A stretch of 64,000 bases of DNA from the NCBI GenBank assembly GCA_963675745.2, contig CAXXWX010000019.1, positions 256,001 to 320,000 on the forward strand. The letters run 5' to 3'. The notes under the pieces are model-generated. The model was given only the letters and a program-made list of their open reading frames with translations, ran no database searches and was not told the origin of the DNA. Origin of the DNA: Phycisphaerae bacterium. GTDB lineage: Bacteria > Planctomycetota > Phycisphaerae > UBA1845 > Fen-1342. This document shows, piece by piece, positions 20,334 through 28,510 of the stretch (position 1 is its first letter; each line of letters opens with the position of its first letter). The translations under genes and the position numbers were made by a program.

Positions 20334-21445
20334 CCACGGCGCTTGAGAGCACATTCAAGGGCCGCTCCGTCTTCATCACCGGCCATACCGGCTTCAAGGG
20401 TTCATGGCTGGCGATCTGGCTCGCGCGCATGGGCGCGCGCGTGACGGGCTATGCCCTCGCGCCGGTAACGGACCCGAGCAATTTCGAGCTGGCGGGTGTG
20501 CGTGATCTGTTGGCGGCACACCATGAGGCGGATGTGCGCGACGCCGCTCGCCTGGACACCGCCGTCCGCGACGCCGATCCGGAGTTTGTATTTCATCTGG
20601 CGGCCCAGGCGATCGTGCGCGAGAGTTACGCAGCGCCGCGCGAGACGTTCGATGTCAACCTGCTCGGCACGGCGGGTCTGCTCGATGCGGTCCGCGCGCG
20701 CGGCAAACCCTGCGTGGTCGTGGTCGTAACCAGCGATAAGTGCTATGAAAACCGTGAACAGGTCTGGGGCTACCGCGAAGGTGACGCGCTGGGCGGACAT
20801 GATCCGTACAGCGCCAGCAAAGGCGCCACGGAGATTCTCGCCGCCGCCTATCGCCGCTCTTTCTTCGATCCGAGCCACGTCGGGCAGCACGGCATCAAGC
20901 TGGCAACGGCTCGCGCGGGCAATGTCATCGGCGGCGGTGACTGGGCCAAGGATCGCATCGTGGCCGACACCGCGCGCAGTCTGAGCGCCGCCGTGCCGGT
21001 CCCCGTGCGCAATCCGCAAGCGGTGCGCCCGTGGCAACATGTTCTCGAGCCGCTGAGCGGCTACCTGATGCTGGCGGCCAGGATGCACGCCGACGATGAC
21101 CCGCGCTGGTGCGATGCGTGGAATTTCGGCCCGCTGCCCGGCGATGATATCGCGGTGGGTGATTTGCTCGACCGTTTCATCGCCACCTGGGGCACGGGCA
21201 GTTGGGAAGATGTTCATGATCCGCGCCAGCCGCACGAGGCGAATGTGCTCCGCCTGGCGATCGACAAGGCTCTCTGGACGCTGGGTTGGCAGCCGCGCTG
21301 GAACCTCGACGAGACAATTCGCCGCACGGCCGGCTGGTATCGTCAGTACTATCTCGAAGGGAAAGCCAACACATTGCCGGCCTGCGAAGCCGATATCGAA
21401 GCGTATGAGAACGCCGAGCCTCAGCCGCCGGCGGGACGGCTCTAG
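20330..21445 (+). CDS. rfbG: CDP-glucose 4,6-dehydratase
   Basis: TGHTGFKGSW, HLAAQ, TSDKCY, DPYSASK, RAGNVIGGGDW, RPWQHVLEPL. Confidence 0.95.
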   Translation: MTTALESTFKGRSVFITGHTGFKGSWLAIWLARMGARVTGYALAPVTDPSNFELAGVRDLLAAHHEADVRDAARLDTAVRDADPEFVFHLAAQAIVRESYAAPRETFDVNLLGTAGLLDAVRARGKPCVVVVVTSDKCYENREQVWGYREGDALGGHDPYSASKGATEILAAAYRRSFFDPSHVGQHGIKLATARAGNVIGGGDWAKDRIVADTARSLSAAVPVPVRNPQAVRPWQHVLEPLSGYLMLAARMHADDDPRWCDAWNFGPLPGDDIAVGDLLDRFIATWGTGSWEDVHDPRQPHEANVLRLAIDKALWTLGWQPRWNLDETIRRTAGWYRQYYLEGKANTLPACEADIEAYENAEPQPPAGRL

Positions 21446-21468
21446 TTTCCCGTCCAATAGAGTGTGCG

Positions 21469-21538
21469 GTGTGCCACGGCTCTGTGAGCCGTGAGGACGC
21501 ACCGCCGGGAGAACACGGCTCATAGAGCCGTGGCACAC
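21469..21538. repeat. REP family B inverted doublet (GTGCCACGGCTCTGTGAGCCGTG)
   Basis: 25-nt arms 21469-21493 and 21514-21538 with one G-T mismatch. Each arm is itself a hairpin. Second copy at 26765. Confidence 0.85.
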
Positions 21539-21571
21539 AATGAGTTTCACTGAACCGGGCATCAATCGCCG

Positions 21572-22891
21572 ATGAGTGACCGTGCCGACAAGTTACGCCA
21601 GCGTATTCTGTCGCTGGTTGACGAATACCACGACGAGGCCTTTGCGCCGCCCGAGTTTGTCGCGGGCGAAACGCCCGTGCCGGTTGCCGGGCGCGTGTTT
21701 GACGCCGAGGATCTGTCTCATCTCATCGACGCCTCGCTGGACTTCTGGCTGACCGCCGGCCGGTATGCCAAGGAGTTTGAGCGGCAATTGGCGCAGCAGT
21801 TCGGCGTGCGCTTCGCCACATTGGTGAACTCCGGTTCGTCGGCGAATCTCGTCGCCCTGTGCGCCCTCACATCGCCCACGCTCGCCGACCGCGCGATCAA
21901 GCCCGGCGACGAGGTCATCACCGTTGCCGCCGGCTTCCCGACGACTGTCAACCCGATCATCCAGGCCGGCTGCGTGCCGGTATTCGTCGATGTGACTGTG
22001 CCAACCTATAACGTCGACGCAAACATGCTGGAAGACGCGCGCAGTGAGCGCACCCGGGCGGTGGCTCTCGCCCACACCCTGGGCAACCCGTTCGATCTGG
22101 CGGCGGTTACGGCCTTCTGTCAGAAGCACGGGTTGTGGTTGATTGAGGATTGCTGCGACGCGCTGGGCGCGACTTACGATGGCCGGCCGGCCGGCGCGTT
22201 CGGCGACCTGGCAACGGTCAGCTTTTACCCGGCTCACCACATTACGATGGGCGAAGGTGGCGCGGTTGTAACCGACACCGGCAAGCTGCGCCGCCTGGTC
22301 GAGTCGTTCCGCGACTGGGGCCGTGATTGCTGGTGCGAGCCCGGCAAGGACAACACCTGCGGCCGCCGCTTTGATTGGCAACTCGGCAGCCTGCCGGAAG
22401 GCTATGACCACAAGTACACGTATTCACACATCGGTTACAACCTCAAAGCCACCGATATGCAGGCCGCTGTCGGCGTGGCACAGCTCAAGAAATTGCCGGG
22501 CTTCATCGCGGCCCGCAAGCGCAATTTCGGGTTGCTGCGCGACGGATTGAGCGACCTGGCGGAACTGCTTGTCCTGCCCGAAGCGACGCCGAAGTCCGAC
22601 CCGAGCTGGTTCGGCTTCCCGTTGGCGGTGCGTCCCGAGGCGCCCTTCGCGCGCGATGCGCTGGTCAGGCATCTGAACGAATGCAAGGTCGGTACGCGGC
22701 TGCTGTTTGGCGGAAACCTGACGCGCCAGCCGGCGTACGCCAATGTCAGCCATCGTGTCGTCGGAGATCTGGCGAACTCTGATTTCGTGATGAACCGGGT
22801 GTTCTGGATCGGCGTCTATCCGGGGTTGAGCGAACCGATGATTCAGTACGTCATCGATTGCATCCACGATTTCGTACGGGACAACAAATGA
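21572..22891 (+). CDS. rfbH: CDP-4-keto-6-deoxy-D-glucose 3-dehydrase (E1/DdhC)
   Basis: [30 protein letters not shown] (His in place of the Schiff-base Lys), Fe-S motif DCWC.PGKDNTC, YDHKY. Confidence 0.95.
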   Translation: MSDRADKLRQRILSLVDEYHDEAFAPPEFVAGETPVPVAGRVFDAEDLSHLIDASLDFWLTAGRYAKEFERQLAQQFGVRFATLVNSGSSANLVALCALTSPTLADRAIKPGDEVITVAAGFPTTVNPIIQAGCVPVFVDVTVPTYNVDANMLEDARSERTRAVALAHTLGNPFDLAAVTAFCQKHGLWLIEDCCDALGATYDGRPAGAFGDLATVSFYPAHHITMGEGGAVVTDTGKLRRLVESFRDWGRDCWCEPGKDNTCGRRFDWQLGSLPEGYDHKYTYSHIGYNLKATDMQAAVGVAQLKKLPGFIAARKRNFGLLRDGLSDLAELLVLPEATPKSDPSWFGFPLAVRPEAPFARDALVRHLNECKVGTRLLFGGNLTRQPAYANVSHRVVGDLANSDFVMNRVFWIGVYPGLSEPMIQYVIDCIHDFVRDNK

Positions 22892-23964
22892 GCGCCGCCG
22901 ACCTGAACAGCTATCCACCGATTGTCCGAGACGATCTGCCGCCGATTGCCGACGCGCTGCGGGCGGCGCGCCAACGCCTTTCCGGCAAAACCGTGCTGAT
23001 CACCGGGGCCAGCGGTTTTTTGCCGGCGTACATCGTTGATACGCTCGCGTATCTCAACGACGCCGGCCTGCTTGACCAACCCTGCCGGCAGATTCTGCTG
23101 GAACGCTCCGCGGATGCGATCACGGCGCGCCTGGGCCATCTGCGAGATCGCTCTGATATCACGGTGATGGTTCAGGACGTATGTGACCCGATCACGCTCG
23201 ACCGGCAGCCGCACATGATTGTCCACGCGGCTTCGCCGGCCTCGCCGAAGTTCTTCCGCAAGGACCCGGTCGGCTGCATAGATGCCAACACGCTGGGAAC
23301 GCGGAATCTGCTCGAGCTGGCCCGCGCGGACGCCTGTGAGAGTTTTCTGTACTTCAGCAGCAGTGAAATCTACGGCACGCCCGACCCCGACGCGATTCCT
23401 ACCCCCGAGACATACGTCGGCCGCGTCGATTGCACCGGAAAACGCGCCTGCTATGCCGAAGCCAAGCGACTTGGCGAGAGCTACTGCGTGGCGTATCACG
23501 AACAGTACAGCGTTCCGGCCAAGATGGTCCGCCCGTTTCACGTTCATGGCCCCGGCCTGCGCATCGATGACGGGCGCATCATCGCCGCCCTGATCAGTAT
23601 GGGGCTCGCCGGCAAACCGCTGGAACTGATGAGCGCCGGCACGGCGACGCGCACATACGGCTATGTGTCCGACGCGATAGTGGGTTTTCTTCTGGTGTTG
23701 CTGAGCGATCACGATGGCCAGGCGTTCAACGTCGGCGTCGACAAGCCCGAGACAACCGTGCTCGAGCTCGCTACGATCATCGCCAGGCTTTTCGGCCAGA
23801 CCGAGCCGGTGAAGGTGAGTCAGGCTCCCGGCGCCGAGACGATCAAGGGTGCCCCGGACAGAGCTTGTCCGGATCTGACCAAGATAAGAACGCTGCTCGG
23901 CTATAATCCGCTGGTCGCACTTGAGGACGGGCTGGCGCGCACGATCGCGTGGCACCGCCGGTGA
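22888..23964 (+). CDS. NAD-dependent nucleotide-sugar epimerase/dehydratase (UDP-glucuronate decarboxylase-like)
   Basis: [33 protein letters not shown] overlap with rfbH. Confidence 0.85.
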   Translation: MSAADLNSYPPIVRDDLPPIADALRAARQRLSGKTVLITGASGFLPAYIVDTLAYLNDAGLLDQPCRQILLERSADAITARLGHLRDRSDITVMVQDVCDPITLDRQPHMIVHAASPASPKFFRKDPVGCIDANTLGTRNLLELARADACESFLYFSSSEIYGTPDPDAIPTPETYVGRVDCTGKRACYAEAKRLGESYCVAYHEQYSVPAKMVRPFHVHGPGLRIDDGRIIAALISMGLAGKPLELMSAGTATRTYGYVSDAIVGFLLVLLSDHDGQAFNVGVDKPETTVLELATIIARLFGQTEPVKVSQAPGAETIKGAPDRACPDLTKIRTLLGYNPLVALEDGLARTIAWHRR

Positions 23965-24956
23965 GCGACGCTACGAATAAGCCGCAATCGGAGCAACGGA
24001 TGGTGCCCAAACCCATCACGGAACTTGTCGAGTCCTTCCGGTCCGGCGCGCTGCCGCGTGACGACTATTGGAAGGCGATGCAGCAGCACCATCGCACGCT
24101 CCAGGACTATGCGCGGTTGATTCAAAGCCCTGATCTCGACCGGATCGAAATCCGCGCCAGCGGAGTTTTCGTCGTGTTCGGCTCGGGCGTGCGCATGTAC
24201 TGGCGGCCCGACGACACCCGCAGCGTTCCCAGCGTAACGGTCAACAACGGCAGCTATGAGCCGACCGAACGCCGCTTGCTGGAGAGCCTCGCCGCCGGCG
24301 CTCAGTTAATCCTCGACATCGGCGCCAACGCCGGCTACATGGCCTTGCACATGGCGCGCGCGGTCGCGCCGCGCAGTGGCAAGATCCTCGCGTTTGAACC
24401 CGTGCCGAGCACCTATGGCGAGTTGTGCGCGAACGTGGCGGTCAATGACCTGGAGGAGACGGTCAGCACGATCAACGTGGCCCTCGGGGATCGCGACGGC
24501 AGCCTGGCCTTTTATGTGCCGGCATTTCACGGCAGCGTGGCCGCCTCGGCGCGGCCGCTCTTTCCCAACGAGGAAAACAAGCATGTTCAGGTCCGCATGG
24601 TGCGTCTCGACGACTATGCCGCCGAACACCCCTTCAGCCGGATCGATCTGGTCAAGTGCGATGTCGAAGGGGCCGAGCTGCTCGTGCTGCGCGGCGGGCT
24701 TGAAACGCTCAAGCGGCATCGGCCGATCCTGATGCTCGAGATGCTGCGCAAGTGGGCGGCGGCGTATGACTATCATCCGAACGACATTATCGACCTGCTG
24801 CGCTCGCTCGACTACGCCTGCTGGTCGTATGAGAACGGCCGCTTCGTCGAGTACACCAAGATGGACGACGATTGTGAGCAGACGAATTTCTTCTTCATGC
24901 AGCCGGATAAGCACGCCGGCGTGCGTGAGATGCTCGAACAGCGCATGGCGTCGTAG
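23961..24956 (+). CDS. FkbM family SAM-dependent methyltransferase
   Basis: YEP, LDIGANAG, AFEP, VALG, LDD, KCDVEGAE. GTGA overlap; alternative ATG 24000. Confidence 0.9.
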   Translation: MSDATNKPQSEQRMVPKPITELVESFRSGALPRDDYWKAMQQHHRTLQDYARLIQSPDLDRIEIRASGVFVVFGSGVRMYWRPDDTRSVPSVTVNNGSYEPTERRLLESLAAGAQLILDIGANAGYMALHMARAVAPRSGKILAFEPVPSTYGELCANVAVNDLEETVSTINVALGDRDGSLAFYVPAFHGSVAASARPLFPNEENKHVQVRMVRLDDYAAEHPFSRIDLVKCDVEGAELLVLRGGLETLKRHRPILMLEMLRKWAAAYDYHPNDIIDLLRSLDYACWSYENGRFVEYTKMDDDCEQTNFFFMQPDKHAGVREMLEQRMAS

Positions 24957-25013
24957 AGAACCCAGCCGCAGCGTCCGGCCGCTGCTGACTGCTCGGGGAT
25001 GTGACAGGATTCG

Positions 25014-25850
25014 ATGACAGACGCGCGTCACAACGCCAACACCGATCTTGCCGAAATCGCCCGGCGAATCCGCGTCCACGCGATCCGGATGGTCAACCGG
25101 GCCGGCGCGCCGCACATCGGCACCTCGCTCTCAATGGCCGACATACTCGCGGTGATGTACTTCAACGTGCTGCGCATCGATCCGCGAAACCCTGACCAGC
25201 CGCAGCGCGACCGCTTCATCATCAGCAAAGGACACGGCGCCGCGGCCTACTTCGCCGCCTTGGCGCTGCGCGGCTTTTTCCCCGAGAAGTGGCTCGAGTC
25301 TTACAGCCAGGACGGCGCCAAGCTGGCCGGCCATGTCACCAGTCACGGTGTGCCGGGCGTGGAGTTCTCCTCGGGCTCGCTCGGGCACGGCCTCTCCGTA
25401 GCCTGTGGCATCGCCCTGGCAGCCCGGGCCGACAAGCAGGATCAGCGTGCGTTTGCCCTGCTGAGCGACGGCGAGTGTGATGAAGGCTCCACGTGGGAGG
25501 CGGCGCTCTTCGCCGGTCACCACCAACTCGATAACCTCACGGCCATCATCGATTACAACAAGATCCAGAGCTTCGGCACCGTCAAGGACGTGCTCGACCT
25601 CGAACCCCTCGCCGACAAGTGGCGCAGCTTTGGCTGGTCTGCGCACGAGGTGGACGGCCACGACGTCGCGGCGTTGTCAAGCGTGCTCACCGGGCTGCCG
25701 CGCGAGACCGGCAAACCGACGGCGATTATTGCCCACACCATCAAGGGCAAGGGCGTCTCATATATGGAGAACCAACTGCTCTATCACTATCGCACGCCCA
25801 AAGGCGACGACTTCGCCAAGGCGCTGGCCGAGCTCGGAGCGACGCCGTGA
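25014..25850 (+). CDS. Transketolase N-terminal (ThDP-binding) subunit
   Basis: RDRFIISKGH, SGSLGHG, SDGECDEGSTWEA...N, DGHD, TIKGKG. Confidence 0.92.
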   Translation: MTDARHNANTDLAEIARRIRVHAIRMVNRAGAPHIGTSLSMADILAVMYFNVLRIDPRNPDQPQRDRFIISKGHGAAAYFAALALRGFFPEKWLESYSQDGAKLAGHVTSHGVPGVEFSSGSLGHGLSVACGIALAARADKQDQRAFALLSDGECDEGSTWEAALFAGHHQLDNLTAIIDYNKIQSFGTVKDVLDLEPLADKWRSFGWSAHEVDGHDVAALSSVLTGLPRETGKPTAIIAHTIKGKGVSYMENQLLYHYRTPKGDDFAKALAELGATP

Positions 25851-26755
25851 GAACCGCGTTTATCGAAACGCTCTGCGAGTGTGCCGCGGAGGACGAGCGC
25901 ATCTGGCTGCTGTGCGGCGACCTTGGATTCTCGGTGCTGGAGCGGTTCTCCGAGAAGTTCCCCGAGCGCTATATCAACGCCGGCGTCGCCGAGCAGAACA
26001 TGACGGGCCTCGCCGCCGGGCTGGCCCTCTCGGGTAAGATCGCCTTCACCTACTCGATCGCGAATTTCCCGACTTTCCGTTGCCTCGAACAGATTCGCAA
26101 CGACGTCTGCTATCACGCCGCCAACGTCAAAGTCGTTGCGGTCGGTGGCGGCTTTGCCTATGGATCTCTGGGTTACACGCACCACGGAATCGAAGACCTG
26201 GCCATCATGCGCGTTCTGCCCGGCATGACGGTGCTGGCCCCCGGCGACCCGGTCGAGGCGCGCCTGGCCACCCGCGCCGCTGTCGAGACCGCCGGCCCTG
26301 TGTATCTGCGTCTCGGCAAAGCCGGCGAGCCGCTTGTTCACGAACACGTGCCGGCCTTCGAACTCGGCAAAGCCATACGTGTGCGCGAAGGCACCGACCT
26401 GACACTCATCAGCACCGGCGGTATGCTCCGGACCACCGTTGACACGGCGGCGGCGCTTGCCGCGAAGGGCATTAGGGCGCGCGTTCTCAGTATGCACACG
26501 CTCAAGCCGCTCGACGACGCGGCCATTGTCGCCGCCGCGCGCGAGACCGGCGCGATTATCACGGTCGAGGAACACCGTAAGACCGGCGGACTCGGCTCGG
26601 CCGTCGCGGAGACGTTAGCTGAATCCGGTATGGCGGTGAAATTCACCCGCTGGGCCGCCCCCGACGAGCTCTGCCACGAGATTGGTGGCCAGGAGTTCCT
26701 GCGCAACCTCGGCGGCGATCTTTGCGAAATGGCGATCAAGCTGCTCACGGGGTAA
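25847..26755 (+). CDS. Transketolase C-terminal subunit
   Basis: GDLG, GVAEQNM, EQIRND, G.THH..ED, YLRL, TLKPLD, EEH...GGLGSAV. GTGA overlap. Confidence 0.92.
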   Translation: MRTAFIETLCECAAEDERIWLLCGDLGFSVLERFSEKFPERYINAGVAEQNMTGLAAGLALSGKIAFTYSIANFPTFRCLEQIRNDVCYHAANVKVVAVGGGFAYGSLGYTHHGIEDLAIMRVLPGMTVLAPGDPVEARLATRAAVETAGPVYLRLGKAGEPLVHEHVPAFELGKAIRVREGTDLTLISTGGMLRTTVDTAAALAAKGIRARVLSMHTLKPLDDAAIVAAARETGAIITVEEHRKTGGLGSAVAETLAESGMAVKFTRWAAPDELCHEIGGQEFLRNLGGDLCEMAIKLLTG

Positions 26756-26764
26756 CATCATCGC

Positions 26765-26826
26765 GTGCCACGGCTCTGTGAGCCGTGTTATCCAAACCCG
26801 GCGCACGGCCAGCAGAGCCGTGGCAC
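26765..26826. repeat. REP family B doublet (right arm degenerate)
   Basis: GTGCCACGGCTCTGTGAGCCGTG ... CACGGCCAGCAGAGCCGTGGCAC. Confidence 0.8.
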
Positions 26827-26852
26827 ACGCCGGCCAGCGCCAGAGACCGCCT

Positions 26853-27812
26853 GTGAACGAAACCAGACGGAAGCTGATCTCGGTCAACACGCCTTGCTTC
26901 CGCGAGGAGGACACGGTTCGCGAGTGTTACGAGACGGTCAAGCGCCTCTTCGCTGAGCAGTTGCCCGACTACGATTACGAGCACATCTTTTGTGACAACG
27001 CCTCACCCGATCGTACCGCCGAGATTCTCCGCGAGATTGCCGACCACGATCCGCGCGTCAAGGTCATCCTCAACAGCCGTAATTTCGGCCCCTTCGCCAA
27101 TATCTTCAACGGCCTGATGAGCGCCGGCGGCGACGCGGTGGTCGTCATGCTGCCGTGCGATCTTCAGGACCCGCCCGAGGTAATCGTCGAATTCGTCAAA
27201 CGCTGGGAAGCGGGCTACAAGGTGGTCTGCGGCATTCGTGCTCAGCGGCAAGAGTCCTTCCTGATGCGTAACGTCCGCAAAGCCTACTATCGCATGGTCA
27301 ACCGCTTTGCGAACATCGACATTCCCAAGGACGTCGGAGAGTTCCAGCTCATCGATCGCGCCGTGGTGGAGGCCCTGCGCCGCTGTGATGACTACTACCC
27401 GTACATCCGCGGCATGATCGCCAACGCCGGATTTTCGACGACGGGCGTGGCGTACACGTGGCAGACGCGCAAGCGCGGCATCACCAGCAATAACCTCTAC
27501 AGCCTGATTGATCAGGGGCTTAACGGCCTGATCTCATTCACGAACATCCCGCTACGGCTCTGCCTGGGTTTCGGCCTGCTGCTGTCGATTCTCAGCATCA
27601 CATACGCCATCGTGAATCTGCTGATCAACCTGATCTTCTTCCGCAAATTCGCCGAACCGGGCATCCCGACGCTGATAGTCGCATTATTCTTCTTCTCTGG
27701 CGTGCAGCTCTTCTTCTTCGGCGTGCTGGGCGAGTACATCGGCGCGATCCACTCGCAGGTGCGCCGGCGTCCGCTGGTAACCGAACAGGAACGCATCAAC
27801 TTCGACCCCTGA
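26853..27812 (+). CDS. GT2 polyprenyl-phosphate glycosyltransferase (GtrB/DPM1-like)
   Basis: DNAS.D.T, SRNFG, DLQDPP, FQLIDR, two C-terminal TM helices, GEYIG.I...RP. Confidence 0.88.
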   Translation: MNETRRKLISVNTPCFREEDTVRECYETVKRLFAEQLPDYDYEHIFCDNASPDRTAEILREIADHDPRVKVILNSRNFGPFANIFNGLMSAGGDAVVVMLPCDLQDPPEVIVEFVKRWEAGYKVVCGIRAQRQESFLMRNVRKAYYRMVNRFANIDIPKDVGEFQLIDRAVVEALRRCDDYYPYIRGMIANAGFSTTGVAYTWQTRKRGITSNNLYSLIDQGLNGLISFTNIPLRLCLGFGLLLSILSITYAIVNLLINLIFFRKFAEPGIPTLIVALFFFSGVQLFFFGVLGEYIGAIHSQVRRRPLVTEQERINFDP

Positions 27813-27895
27813 CATCCAATTCCGCCCCCGCGCGGCTGTGACCTCGCCGCCTCGTTGCCTTGTTGCCTTGTTGCCCAGCCGTTACCATAAACGGA

Positions 27896-28390
27896 ATGCT
27901 GCGCGCACTGCTGGACATAACTCTACGAATCTCCTCGGGTCTGGGCCTGCTGCTGCTATTGGCGGCCCACGGGGAGGCATGCGCGTGGTTTGAACCGCCG
28001 GCCGAGAACCCGGATGCGCGTCAAGCCGCCGACCCTCGGACAGACGATCAGTCTTCCGGCGACGAACCCGCCGAGCCGCCACGGCCCACACTGGTGTCGT
28101 TCCTGCCGGACATTGCCGCACCGCCGCGGCGTCCGGCGCCGAGCGAGAGCGGCACGGTGTTGCCGCTGGAACGCCGAGATGTGACGGCGGCGGAGTGTGG
28201 GACGCGTGTTGAAGGCCCGCCACGAGCCGTGCCAGGCAAGGTGTTTGGTTACCCGATAGCTCATCGCCTGACCGAGATTCTGGTGCTGGCGGGCGAGCCA
28301 ACGGGGACGGCCTGGTACCAGGCGGGCAGCGCGCCGACTGATCCCTCACTCGGCACGGCGATCCTGGTTATCGGTCCGCCGCGCGTATAA
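27896..28390 (+). CDS. Exported leader protein, candidate translation-arrest peptide upstream of secDF
   Basis: Signal peptide (..GLGLLLLLAAHGEACA), Pro-rich low-complexity body and C-terminal ILVIGPPRV*. Ends 120 nt before secDF. Confidence 0.6.
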   Translation: MLRALLDITLRISSGLGLLLLLAAHGEACAWFEPPAENPDARQAADPRTDDQSSGDEPAEPPRPTLVSFLPDIAAPPRRPAPSESGTVLPLERRDVTAAECGTRVEGPPRAVPGKVFGYPIAHRLTEILVLAGEPTGTAWYQAGSAPTDPSLGTAILVIGPPRV

Positions 28391-28510
28391 GCTATCATCT
28401 CCTCAACGCCCGATAATCCAGGCGCACGCTGAACCCCATCATGACGGGCTCGCGTACCGCCACGAACTAAACAGCGATCACATTGCCTCACAATCAAAGG
28501 GAAGCCACTC

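Noticed and set aside
19308..22411. Long antisense ORFs (19308-20354, 20402-21565, 21593-22411; likewise 783-1655, 41841-42905, 55815-56897)
   Set aside because: They are stop-poor shadows of well-supported genes in high-GC DNA, with no motifs.
27854..27876. GTTGCCTT x~3 tandem repeat at the -35 region of the secDF leader as a phase-variation tract
   Set aside because: Fewer than three full units, too short to support slippage without population data.
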